From positions 310,001-374,000 of the forward strand of contig JAWMAR010000932.1 in NCBI GenBank assembly GCA_036785375.1: a stretch of DNA of 64,000 nt. Direction: 5' to 3'. The notes beneath the pieces were generated by a model that was given only the letters and a program-made list of their open reading frames with translations, was not told where the DNA came from and searched no databases. Position numbers and translations under genes: made by a program. Shown one piece after another: positions 1-27,545 of this stretch. This stretch comes from Leucoraja ocellata. Lineage: Eukaryota. The first letter of the stretch is position 1, and each line of letters begins with the position of its first letter.

Positions 1-119
1 TGCAGTTTAAACTCAGTTTAACAATGGAACAGAGAAAATTGAATTATATTTTTGGATTACATGCTGCCGTTCATTTGATTAATCGCAAATCCACCAACAG
101 AGCATTTTGCTTCCAACAG

Positions 120-15681
<15,562 letters not shown>

Positions 15682-15770
15682 ATGACAACATGAATTTCCC
15701 TAAAGAAGAAATCCACAGAATGTGTATTTCTTTGTGACATACTTTTTATAATTGAAATAATATTGAACGA

Positions 15771-15776
15771 AATAAA
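15771..15776 (+). terminator. Polyadenylation signal of paralog A
   Basis: AATAAA ~90 nt after the stop, followed by T/GT-rich sequence; homologous context in paralog B. Confidence 0.8.
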
Positions 15777-17471
15777 AGTGCAACACTGAATATTCTTTTT
15801 GTCAACTTGTCTTTGTCAGATGATTCAATAATCATGGTAGGAAAAATAATAATGTGCTGATAGACTCCGGAGAAATTATATTATAAACATAAATATTGGT
15901 GTGGGTATAGAATGAGAAAATATTGGAATGGTGTACTAAAACACTACTTAATTGAGACACAATCATATTTCACATCAGAAATGAATGAAGAACAAAAGTA
16001 CCTGTAGTATGAAGTCTAAAATATAAACAAAGAATGCTGGAAATGTTCTGCAATGCAGGCTGAATATCTGGGAAATGAAGCAGTTAAGTCCTTGACCTAA
16101 AACATTCATTCTGCTTCTCTTCCCACATGTTTCATTTTCGGTATTTATTATTTCTTCGTAACGACATTTCAATTTATGCGGTGGAGATTTGTCCAAGCCT
16201 GTAAGTGTGCTAGTCTAAACTGAAATGCTTAGGCCAGGCTTAATTGTAGTTTCAGGCCCAATTATTTTATTTCCCTTGCAGGTGTCTTTATACTCCTAAC
16301 AATAACGCATATATTTTGAAGTTGCCATTTGCAGAGTCACCAATCTTCCTTACAATTGCCAGAAATTCATTTTTGAAGCAGAATTTGAGTCGGCACCACC
16401 AGAGCGATTATGACAACTATCAAGTTGTAGGTCAATTTTAATTCCTGGTCCCAGGACATCGCTCACACTTTTTAAGTACTTTTGAATTGTAAACACAAGC
16501 TGCGGAGAATGTAGCAGTCCATTGTACCCAACAAAGATGAATAGAAAGTGACACAATCACCACCAAATAATTTTTGTATTAGTAAAACTAATAATTCAGA
16601 GAAAAATATTCACCAGAAGAATATTCTTCTCCTCGTGTTTAAATTAGTGTAATACCACTATGATAACAGACAAGGACAATCTGAAATATCATCTCTAAAA
16701 ACTCACCTTAAGCATTGCAACATTTCCTCAGTACTGTACAAACTCCCCACACATAAGCAAGGGGATTGGGGTATTTAATTAGTGCAAGGTTATTCACTGA
16801 GTTGCTGACAACATATTAAATTAATATTAAATTAACTTTGCTTGCAATCTGCTCTTCTCAATGCCTAACTTTTTCCACCATGTTTAGATGTAACTACCAG
16901 GTTAATCAGAACAGATGAGCCCAGTCTATATGGGCCAAGCAATTGTTCACCCCTTTAACTAATACAAATCACGATTGAGCGTTGTGAAATCTATACCAGG
17001 GCAGTTAAAATATTGGTGCCTGTGTCAAAATTATATCGAGAGCAGAATAAAAAGGGGAAGGAAGATTGGATAAAGTGAAACAAAAAAAAGAACGAATGAG
17101 ACATTAAAAACTAAGAAACATCTTCACAATATTTAAAGCTGAAATAGTGGAATCCACTCTTATCTAAATTTACATTAAATGCTGGTAATTCAAATCCACC
17201 GTGTTGTTAAAAGCATACTTACATTGCAGTGGGCGGACTCACCTTTCTCAACAATCATGGCATCAATGAATTAGTTTGGCATCTCAACTTCATGTTTACT
17301 TCACTGATGAATTTCTTGCTAAGACACATTGAGTTATACCACTTTAGTCCGATATCCCCATTTGGAAACATTGTCTGTGCCTGCCTATACTTGAAATCAA
17401 ACTGAAGACGCAGGAATCTGCAATAAAATATAACATACAGAAAGCCCTCAGCAGGTTAGGCAGCATCCTTG

Positions 17472-17502
<31 letters not shown>

Positions 17503-17526
17503 GGGGAGAGAGAGACACACACACAC
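17472..17526. repeat. (GA)n / poly-G / (CA)n compound microsatellite
   Basis: Directly visible. Confidence 0.9.
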
Positions 17527-17739
17527 GGAACTAATACATTAAGTCAACTACCCTTTGTGTCAGAATAGTTCTGATGAACAACCTTTCATCTGATATCAGA
17601 TGTCCATCCACACCTCAGCCTATTTCCAAGGTCTGGACTGCAACAGGGACTTGGGTAATGAACACTGATTAAAACCCCACCTGTGAAACACTTTGATAAC
17701 CTCTAGAAGCTGGAGTTAAAGGTTTCCAATATTCAGGAC

Positions 17740-17970
17740 TATTACAAGTTACAGCACAGAAACAGGCCCTTTGGCCCAACTTGCCCATGCTGATCAAGAT
17801 GACCCATCTACACTAGTGTTACCTGCACACGTATGGCCCATTAGACCCCTCCAAACCTTTACAATCCATGCAAATGTGCAAATGCCTTTCAAATATTATT
17901 GTAGTTCCCGCTTGAACTACTTCCTCTGGCAGCTCTTCCTGTATACCCATCGTGCACCATTACTGTGAAA
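17740..17970 (-). mobile_element. CR1 3'-end fragment
   Basis: ACAGCACAGAAACAGGCCCTTGGCCCAAC...ACTACTTCCTCTGGCAGCTC, reverse complement of the CR1 tail. Confidence 0.7.
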
Positions 17971-18077
17971 TAATCTCTCTGGCAGTAAACTGTAACAATA
18001 AAATCTTTGAATTTTAGTTCTTTAGAATTTGATTATTGTCAAAGTTTGTATTTAGAGAATAAAACTTAATTTGACCC

Positions 18078-18339
18078 GAAGAGATACAAAGAACTGCAAA
18101 TGTTAATTTACAAAAAAGACATAAATGCTGTAGTTACTCAGCGGGTCAGTAAGCATATCTGGAGAACCTGGATAGGTGACATTTCGTGTCGGGATCCTTC
18201 TTCAGGCTGATTATGGTGGGCGGGGAAGCTTTCTGCTCATCACAATCAGTCTGAAGAAGTGTCCAGAGCCGAAACGTCTCCCATCCATGTTCTCCAGAGA
18301 AACCGCCTGGCCTGTTGAGTTACTCCAGCACTTTGTGTA
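18078..18339. mobile_element. Complete non-autonomous fold-back element (Penelope pseudo-LTR-derived) with minimal hammerhead motifs on both strands
   Basis: 12-bp direct repeat TTAATTTGACCC at 18066-18077 and 18340-18351; inverted arms ~18118-18212 and ~18244-18340; plus core CTGAAGA-N13-GAAACGTC 18251-18278; minus core CTGAAGA-N13-GAAATGTC. Confidence 0.8.
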
Positions 18340-19077
18340 TTAATTTGACCCTATCTCTTATATCCCTCTTAATCAATCCTTGTTTTTCTTCCTTTAGTGT
18401 GCTCTCTGAACACGAATTTGTATTGGAATGTACGTTTGGGATTACCGATAAATACGTAAGAATCCTTTGTTTAGACAGACAGCAACTATTTAGCTGACAC
18501 ATTTCACACATGCACTGCAGAGGGCACTATGCTGCAAGGAATCTCCCGTAGGAAACTATCCAAAACGCCAGGAAGATCTTTGGCAATTTGCAAGTCCGAC
18601 GTTTTGGTAGGCAATAACATTTCTAACCACACGCTGCTTTTACTCTCTGCAGTTTTGACTAAGATGATAATTAAATTGTATTATTATTGAATGTCGATAA
18701 TACGGATGATTGGACTTCAACGCTGCCAGGCGAGCAGATTGCCCGCACTGTTGGTTGTCATTCCTATTAATACCCAAACACATTTTAACTAGGTTTTTAA
18801 AAGATTGTGCACAGTATTATAATACATTTTCTAGTTAAGGCGGTAACGTTAAAGGGAGCGCAGGAGAGTGGAGGTCTGGTGAATGAGCGCATGGTGAGGC
18901 TGCTGCCGCACAATCACTAAATGCCAGCTGGCCGGTTATAGTTTTAACGCATTTCCACAAAGACTGCACAATATAATACTTCAACGGTAGACTACCTCGT
19001 CAACACGCGTTTTTAATTTAACCTTCTCTGAACTATTTCAAACACTAATGCAATGGTAGCGGCACAATCCCGAGCAA

Positions 19078-19079
<2 letters not shown>

Positions 19080-19113
<34 letters not shown>

Positions 19114-19139
19114 GGGTGGGGGGGGGGGGGGGGGGGGGG
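19080..19139. repeat. (GT)n microsatellite followed by poly-G tract
   Basis: Directly visible. Confidence 0.95.
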
Positions 19140-19600
19140 ATACAGCCAGTAACAAAAGGTGTGGGCAAAGGGGAGGCAATAGGTGGCAGCTGAAACCTGG
19201 TGGTGAGAAGGGGAATGACGGACAGGTGGAGTAGAGGAAACAGCGGTCGGGAGGTGATTGATAGAAGCAGATAAGGAGACAAAAAAGATCCCGGTGGGGG
19301 AACGGGAGGATAGAGACAGATAGGCGAGAAGTGAACACAAGTGGCTGCTGATGATGGAATCTGACAATTAAGGAAGGCGATAGTGGAACTAGATCATGGA
19401 AGGGAAGATCTGGGTGGTTGGGTGGGGTGGAGATGTTAGAAGAACCTCGATGGATCCGGATGAGAAAGCACACATGACATGGGTAACCTGAAACACGAAG
19501 GTGGAATGTTCATGCCATTGAGGTCCAGACTACCCAGAGGGAGTGTGAGGTGATGATCTTCGAGTTTGCGTTTGGTCGCACCATGGCCGTGGAATACTGT
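19140..19600 (-). mobile_element. Penelope-like element remnant: GIY-YIG C-terminus plus pyrimidine-rich 3' region
   Basis: Minus ORF ...HGATKRKLEDHHLTLPLGSLDLNGMNI resembles the PLE endonuclease tail (RKLEEQHLIFRLGSLQPxGMNIEF, recalled consensus) and the copy at 30770-31230. Confidence 0.7.
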
Positions 19601-20694
19601 TAATAATTGAGCACATTTCGGAATAGGTGCGATTTCAGTTCCGATGATCATTGCATTTTAGTTGTGGCATGGGAAGCGGGAGAAGTTTTGAACAGTAGAC
19701 AGATTTATCTTCGACCAACGTGATCAAATATCACAGAAATCGATACCTGGTTCTGTGTACTTCATTTCTGACACGTCACCGCTTGATAAATTTCCTCTTG
19801 GCAAATAATTAGAAATATCTAACTACTTCGCTAATGCGCAATTGCCGCATAATCAACACGTGCCATTAAATTCAACTTTTTAAAATTAAATATTAACGTC
19901 GTTTTTCCTCTCCGTGCAATGTGGATTTGGACACCTAACATTCCTTACCCTGGTCAACTGCTGAATTGAGACGCGTAACAGCTACTGCAACAGCAAAACA
20001 AAACACACCATTAACAAATGGACATTAACAAATTATACAAAATAAGTTAACGTTTTTTGAGCAAATTTCAAAACAATCCAATTCCAAGGCATGATTACAA
20101 AGGATACAGAATAACTCATCAATATGTCAAACATGGTAGAATATTTAAATAACTAATTCACAATTCGTCAAATGTTAAGAAATACGAATAGCAGCATTAG
20201 ACGCGGAACCTTGCACGCCTGAACCGTCCGATAGTTTGTCGCACAACCTATATACACGGAAACATTCTGCCTGCACAGCTAGTCCGCTCCTTATTTGGTG
20301 GTTGAAAAGTGTGACGAACAGCTCTGGTTCTCAGATTAATTCTTGTTTTCTCCTATCAGGATAAAATTAGAGAAGCGGTGTCAATAGTTCCGCCGAGCTA
20401 TTAATCCATGTCATCACGTCAAAAGCAGAAGCGGCAGAGCGAACGTGTGCCAGGTTTAACACTGCACCTTACCGGAATGAATGAATTTACTAAAATAAAG
20501 GAATAAGCCACAAATAAAATTCAGCAAATTTATCTCCCTCCCCGCCAATATTTTAGTTTACAATAATTACTATAACTCTCGTTTTGAACGCGCGAAGTTT
20601 ACAGTTTCATTGGAAATGCGAGACTTGATTTCTGTCCTCGAATGTCACAGAAATTAAATCCCGAAATCATCGTATTTCCTGAGCATCAAAAACC

Positions 20695-21372
20695 GATGTT
20701 GGCAGTCTATGAAAGTAAGCATGCAGGTACAGCAGGCAGAGAAAAAAGCGAATGGCATGTTGGCCTTTATAACAAGAGGAATCGGATATGGGAGCAAGGA
20801 GGTCCATCTGCAGTTGTACAGAGCCCTAGTGAGACCACACCTGGAGTATTGTGTGCAGTTTTGGTCCCCTAATTTGAGGAAGGACATTCTTGCTATTGAG
20901 GGAGTGCAGCGTAGGTTTACAAGGTTAATTCCCGGGATGGTGGGACTGTCATATGCTGGGAGAATGGAGCAGCTGGGCTTGTACACTCTGGAGTTTAGAA
21001 GGATGAGAGAGGATCTCATTGAAACATATAAGATTGTTAAGGGTTTGGACACACTGGAGGCAGGAAACATGTTCCCGATGTTGGGGGAGTCCAGAACCAG
21101 GGGCCACAGTTTAAGAATAAGGAGTAAGCCATTTAGAACGGAGATGAGAGAACACTTTTTCACACAGAGAGTTGTGAGTCTGTGGAATTCTCTGCCTCAG
21201 GTTCTCTGGATACTTTCAAGAGAGAGCAAGATAGGGCTCTTAAAAATAGTCTGAGGCTATGGGGAGAAAGCAGGAACGGGGTATTGATTGGGGATGATCA
21301 GCCATGATCACATTGAATGGCGGTGCTGCCTCAAAAAGCTGAATGGCCTACTCCTGCACCTATTGTCTATTG
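20695..21372 (+). mobile_element. CR1 LINE 3' portion, relatively young
   Basis: 181-aa ORF 20709-21254 (KANGMLAFITRG...[19 protein letters not shown]...RTRGHSLRI...FFTQRVVSLWNSLP) followed by the CR1 3'UTR. Confidence 0.93.
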
Positions 21373-21615
21373 TAGTCACTTGCCTCACTTGGCCAGCGTT
21401 CGATCTTTGTGCCCCTGGGGTGCCGTTGCCATCATGAATCTTTTTACCCTCCTCTCCGGCCCTCGGGCACTAGCAGACCAGTGCTCACAGCTTGCCTCTT
21501 GGGGATGGGTTTCCCAGCTATGTGGCGGGTGAGCCAAGCCCGCTACCAGGAGAAATCTGTGGCAACAGAGAATGGAAGGCTATTGATGTAGGAAGGAACT
21601 ACAGATGCTGGTTTA

Positions 21616-22275
21616 GAAACATAGAAAATAGGTGCAGGAGGAGGCCATTCGGCCCTTCGAGCCAGCACCACCATTCATTGTGATCATGGCTGATCATCCC
21701 CAATCAATAACCCGTGCCTACCTTCTCCCCATATCCCTTGACTCCACTAGCCCCTAGACCTCTATCTAACTCTCTCTTAAATCCATCCAGTGATTTGGCC
21801 TCCACTCCCCTCTGTGGCAGGGAATTCCACAAATTCACAACTCTCTGGGTGAAAACATTTTTTCTTACCTCAGTCTTAAATAGCCTCCCCTTTATTCCAA
21901 GACTGCGGCCCCTGGTTCTGGACTAGCCCAACATTGGGAACATTTTTCTTGCATCCAGATTGTCCAGTCCTTTTATAATTTTATATGTTTCTATAAGAGA
22001 CCCCCTCATCCTTCGAAACTCCAGTGAATACAAGCCTAGTCTTTTCAATCTTTCCTCATATGACAGTCCGGCCGTCCCAGGTATCAATCTCGAGAACCTA
22101 CGCTGCACTGCCTCAATCACAAGGATGGCCTTCCTCAAATTTGGAGACCAAAACTGTACACAATACTCCAGACATGGTCTTATCAGAGCCCTATACAAAT
22201 GCAGAAGAACCTCTTTATTCCTATACTGAAATTCTCTTGTTATGAAGGCCAACATTCCATTAGCTTTCTCCATTG
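21616..22275 (-). mobile_element. CR1 LINE 3' portion, inserted into a Penelope-derived element spanning ~21588-22390
   Basis: Minus ORF EKANGMLAFITR...[14 protein letters not shown]; tail TAGAAACATAGAAAATAGG. Flanks GGAAGGAACTACAGATGCTGGTTTA and AACTGAAGATAGATACAAAATGCTC rejoin into the fold-back family consensus. Confidence 0.92.
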
Positions 22276-23089
22276 CACTAGCTTTCTTCTGTTTAAACTG
22301 AAGATAGATACAAAATGCTCAAGTAACTCAGGGGGACAGGCAGCATCTCTGGAATGGGTGACATTTCAGTTCATAACCCTTCCTCAGCACAGACAGAGGA
22401 GATTAGTTTAACTTGGCATCATGTTCAGCACAGACATTGTATTCACGTGTTGTACTGTTTTGTTCTATAACTCAGCGAGTTTTAAGCAACCTCAACTGGT
22501 GTTTCTATTGCCACTGCAGCAGCTTTCTTCAAAATCCTTGGAAGCAGGCCTTCAAGTTTGGTGATTTGTCTGCTTTTAGTTTCATTACAGTTTTCCAAGA
22601 TACTATCTCTCAAGGTAGGGATTGCTGAAAATTGTCCCTCCTTTTTGAAACTAAGGAATAACTAAATATTATTTTTGGGACGTGTGAAGTGCCCTCTAGT
22701 GAAGTGATCCAAAATATAAGCTTATACTATCTGCCCTTTCGTTGTTTCCTATTACTAATTTTGAAGTCTCACCTTCTAGAAGCCCCACACTCACCTTTGC
22801 CATCCTTTTCCACTTCATTTGATCATTGAAAGCTCTTGCCATTTCTTTTATTTCAGTATTACTTGCCAGTTTACTTTCATAATCAATTCTATCCTTCCTT
22901 ACGTGTTTGTTGAGTCCACCATTATTAGTTACTGAAAAATTCCCAGTCTACCACAAGCCTTTGTTACTTTCTACATTTATTTTGTATTTAATATTTTCTT
23001 TGTCTTTCTTTACAAACTACAAATGATTTATCTTTCTCATGGAGTCCCTCTTTCTGATTGGAATAAGTTTCTACAGAGTATGGTGAAGT

Positions 23090-23325
23090 AACTGCAGAGT
23101 GGTGCATCTGGCAAAGCTGCTATCTCACATCGGCAGAGAACCAGGTACGGTCCTGACCTTGGGTGCTGTCTTGTGGAGTTCTCCTTGTGAACATGTGGCT
23201 GTCCTTCAGGTGCTCTGGTTTCCTCCCACATCCCAAAGATATGTGCTTTGTCGGCTAAATGCCTTTGTAAAATTGTTCCTAATGTGTACGAAATGGATGA
23301 GAAAGTGGGATAACACAGAACTAGT
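23090..23325 (+). mobile_element. tRNA-derived V-SINE (HE1-like)
   Basis: GCTGCTATCTCAC...GGTCCTGACCTTGGGTGCTGTC...GGTGCTCTGGTTTCCTCCCACATCCCAAAGA central V-domain. Confidence 0.8.
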
Positions 23326-23335
23326 CTGAGTGTTC

Positions 23336-23510
23336 GACACAAAGTGCTTGAGTAACTCAGCAAGTCAGGCATCATCTTTGGAGAAAAATCATGGATGATG
23401 TTTCACCCAAGAACCTTTTTCTCCAGAGATGCTGCTGATCCGTTGAGTTACTCCAGCACTTTGTGTCTATCTTCGGTATAAACTAGCATCTGCAGTTCCT
23501 TTCTACACAC
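23336..23510. mobile_element. Fold-back Penelope-derived element, centre deleted
   Basis: GACACAAAGTGCTTGAGTAACTCAGC and GTTGAGTTACTCCAGCACTTTGTGTC inverted arms. Confidence 0.75.
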
Positions 23511-25319
23511 TATTGCCTTTACTTCACGCTCAATAGTTTTTTACCTTCTTGCTAAACTTAATTTTCATCCAAGTTATTCCACATGACAACCCATTCCATG
23601 AATGTCACTATTATCAGTGCACTGATGCCTTTCTTGATTTACAACATTAACCCATCTCCTTTTGCGTTTTTGTCTTTTCTTTAGGAAAATTGAAAAGTTT
23701 GGAATATAGATTTTAGGGTCCTGGTTACCTCATAGTCACATTTCTTTAATAACTAATAATCAAAATCATTTATTTCTGTTAGTGCGTTAAGCTAATCTAT
23801 CATGCTAGACGTGGTGGAAGAATAAAGATTGGCTACTATGATTTTTATAATTTTTAGTTATACATGAGTTCAAATTTTGGTTGGAAACTTTTGCTTATCT
23901 TTCCTGCCTTTTCCTATCATGGTTTGATTTTCATTCACCCTTTCACTTCCATGTGCTCGGTACTATTTTTTGATTTATTAAATTCCATCACAGATATCTA
24001 AAAATAGGAATATGGATCAAAATGTCCACAAGCGAACAATTTATGAAACATGAGGCCAAATTGCAGATGGATAAAAATAATTTTAACCAAACTGACAGAT
24101 GCGTAATTTCAATGTGCCCTATTATTTTAAGTGTAACTAGAAGAATAAATAAAAATACACTTCTGTGGAAAGATTTGAAACAACATCAACAACATTCAAC
24201 CTAAATCTCCAAAGAATAGATAATTTAAAAACTATTCTTGATTCCACAATCTCACACATCAGCCAAGGCTGGAGTGGGCCAGTGATTATGACTGACATCA
24301 TACAGTCTATATATTTGCACAGAAGAAATAATTAATTACCATAAAAATTAAGTCCATTTAGTGAATCATGGGATTAGAATCCGACCGCAACTTCATTTCA
24401 AGAGAGAAGGGTGTTTAATTGTGATATGCACTGGGACTGGAACAATGAAATGCTTACTGGCTGAAGTTTAACATGCACATTAAATGCAACAACACAAAAC
24501 AAATGTACAATAAATGATCAGTTACACGAGGTAAACCATACCATTATTATGAAAGTCAAAGTACATAGAGCGACCTTAGTAATACAGATTCCATAATAGA
24601 TTTTTTGCAGAAAATGCTATGGAGGACAGTGAAATAAACAAAATCCATGCATGAGATCAATACCAGTCACTACTTGCAGTGTGGTCACCAAGTCTAGTTC
24701 AAAGGAATTATCCAAACATGTCCACTTGGCCTGGCTACAACTTTACCACCATATCCAGCCAGCAAGAAATTGCATTAATTTCATTATACTGATTATGGCA
24801 CAGTGGAAGAACTGGCATTAAAATTCATCTAATGCGTGATGATCTTTCATGTCATAGCACATGGCTTTGCAAAATGACAGAAATATTTTGCATGTGCTAT
24901 TTAAATTTAAATATTATATTACTTCGTTACTGGATATCACCAGGTCAATGCGGAGTTATATTTCAGTCTTAAATGTAAATATGAGCTGCTAATCTTTACG
25001 CTGGTCCTAAAATGTGCATCATCAGCATTTTTGAGGCATGTGTAACATTATCTTACAAGGAATATTTTTAGATTTTGAACTGTAGTCTTTTCATTTAGAA
25101 ACATGTGTTAGCACTTGTATAAAGTTATAGACAAATAAACAAAAGTGTTTTCAGTAGCTCGGTTTATAGTATCTGTGTCTCTAATTCAAATAATTGGTTG
25201 ATCAAGTTCCAATCAATATATTTTATCTCTTTAAATTCAAACTTAGAGCGGTTGTCAGTAGTCATTTTAACAGAGTTGAGCATTAATGAGAGTTCAATTA
25301 TTTGATATTTACTCAGAGA

Positions 25320-27260
25320 GCAATCCTTATTGCAAGCAAGGTCCCAGAGGATTGTAGAGTAGGCAATGTCTCTGCTTAAAGAGGAAAAAGCGACAATCCA
25401 GGAAATTATAGGCCATTGGGAGATAAGGGAGCTATTTGAGAGAATTCTTAGGAATAGGATATATTCGTATTTGGAAGAGAATGGGATAATTAATGACAGT
25501 CATGGCTTTATGCGGCCTGCATTTTTCTGAGGAGACAATTTGACAGTGACGATTGATGGGCCAGTGGATGTTGTCCACATGGATGTTGGTAAGACAGATG
25601 ACAATGTCCTTAATTGCAGGCAGATCTAAAAGCCTAAAATGGATGGGATTCATGGTAATTTGGTAGTGTGTATTCAGAACTGGCTCACCCATAGAAGACA
25701 GAGTGTTGTGGTGGGATCTCATAGAAACATATAAAATTATTAAGGGATTGGACACGCTAGATGCAGGAAAAACATTTCCGATGTTGGGGGAGTCCAGAAC
25801 CAGGGCCACAGTTTAAGAATAAGGGGTAGGCCATTTAAAACTTTTTCGCACAGAGAGTTGTGAATTTGCAGAATTCCCTGCCTCAGAAGGCAGTGGAGGC
25901 AGATTCACTGGATGCACTCTAAAGAGAGTTCGATAGAGCTCTTCGGATTAGCAGGATCAGGGGGCATGGGGAGAGGGCAGGAATGGAGTACTTCTTCTTT
26001 CGTGTCCATCATCCATGTTTCAAATGTTGACATCGCTGTCATTGTCCGTCCTGAAAAGGAAGCAAGCTTCTGGCGACAATCAGTGGGAGCCATCACTTGG
26101 TGCAATAGATGATGATGGTAGCAGAATTAGCTCAGGATACTTCCAGTTTCCAGCCCCGCGACGTGGACGCTTCTGCTATGGGGCCAAAGTGGTACTGATT
26201 GTGGATGATCAGCCATGATCATATTGAATGGCGGTGCTGGCTGGAAGGGCCGAATGGCCTACTCATGCATCTCTTGTCTATGTATCTATGTCTATGTATA
26301 TATGTAGAAGGGTTGGTTAGTAAGTTTGCATTTGACACAAAAATGGTAAAGATCCTTACAATGAAGACATCCGTCAAAGGATAACGAAGGATATTCAGTC
26401 ACAGATATGGATGGAGAAATGGCAGATGGCATATAGAATGCAGACAAGTGAGGTATTGCACTTTGAATGGTCAAATGCAAAGGAAAAGCATACATGTATG
26501 GCATGACCCATAATAAGAGTAATGTATAGAGGGATCTTGACATCCAAGTCCATAGCTCCCAGTAATTAGAAACATGAGTAGATAGAGTAGATAGATACGG
26601 TATATGAATATTAGTGGATATTTTTAAGGCAGAAATAGATAGATTCTTGATTAGAACAGGTATCAGAGAAGGTAGGAGAATGGGGTTCGGAGGGAGAGAT
26701 AGATCAGCCATGGTTCAATGGCGGAGTAGACTTGATGGGCCAAATGGCCTAATTCTACTGCTATTACTTATGACCTAATGAGTTGCAAACAAGGTGTATG
26801 GCATTGCGTATGAGTCATGAAGTCATATTGCAGCTTTATAAAACTTTGGTCAGGCAGCATTTGGAGTACTGTGTGCAGTTCTAGTTGCCCCGGTATAAGG
26901 AGGAGCTGGTGCCTTTAGAGAGATTGTAGAAGAGGTTTACCAGGATGGTGTCTGGATTGGAGGTTATTAGCTTTCAGAAGTGGTTGGATAAACTTTGAGT
27001 GTTTTCCCTGGAGTGCCAGAAGCTGATGGGAGTCCTGATAGAAATTTATGTAATTATGAGACACCTAGATACGTTAGGCAGTCAGAGTTGTTCCTCAAAA
27101 TAGAAATATCAAATACTAGATGGCATAGTTCGAAAGTGAGAGAAAGAAAGTTTAAAGTAGATGAAAGGAGCTGTTTTCTTTTACTCAGAGAGTTGTGGGT
27201 GCTTGGGAAATGTTGCCAGGGGTGGCGAAGGAGGCAAATATGATGCGTTTAGATAAGCAT
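25320..27260 (+). mobile_element. Nested CR1 cluster: old copy interrupted by younger CR1 tails at ~25710-26295 and ~26610-26780
   Basis: Degenerate PGNYRP, QHGF, IQNWLTHRRQ, SKFAxDTK and HLEYCVQF motifs interleaved with younger CR1 3' ends. Confidence 0.85.
25990..26191 (-). mobile_element. Short insertion with a (GAA)n-like tail, possibly an RTE-clade LINE 3' end, inside a CR1 tail
   Basis: Splits the CR1 sequence GGAATGGAGTACT|GATTG; GTACT on both sides; begins TCTTCTT. Confidence 0.45.
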
Positions 27261-27274
27261 ATAAATATGTGCTG

Positions 27275-27545
27275 GTGGCACAATCACAAAGAGGCCTGGA
27301 TTTGATCCTGACCTAGGGTTCTATCAATGTGGAGTTTGCGCATTTTCCTTATGAGTTTTCTCCAGGTGCCCCGTTTCTCCCAAATCCCAAAGACATGCAG
27401 GTTTGCAGGCTAATTGGCTGGAGTCAATTGCTCTGAGTATGTCGCAAGTGGATGCAAAAGTGGGATAACATAGTACGTCTGAGAATACGTCATCGATGGT
27501 CACGGTGGGCCGAAGGGCCTGTTTCCACATTATATCTCAAAATAA
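27275..27545 (+). mobile_element. V-SINE (HE1-like)
   Basis: TTTGATCCTGACCTAGGG...GGAGTTTGCGCATT...CCCAAAGACATGCAGG...GGGCCGAAGGGCCTGTTTCCAC. Confidence 0.8.

Noticed and set aside
19013-19473. Pro/His-Thr-rich minus-strand ORFs
   Set aside because: Translation artefacts of the (GT)n/poly-G tract and a Penelope remnant.
20709-21254. Longest ORF in the track (181 aa) as a host gene
   Set aside because: It is the C-terminal part of a CR1 ORF2 within a truncated LINE copy.
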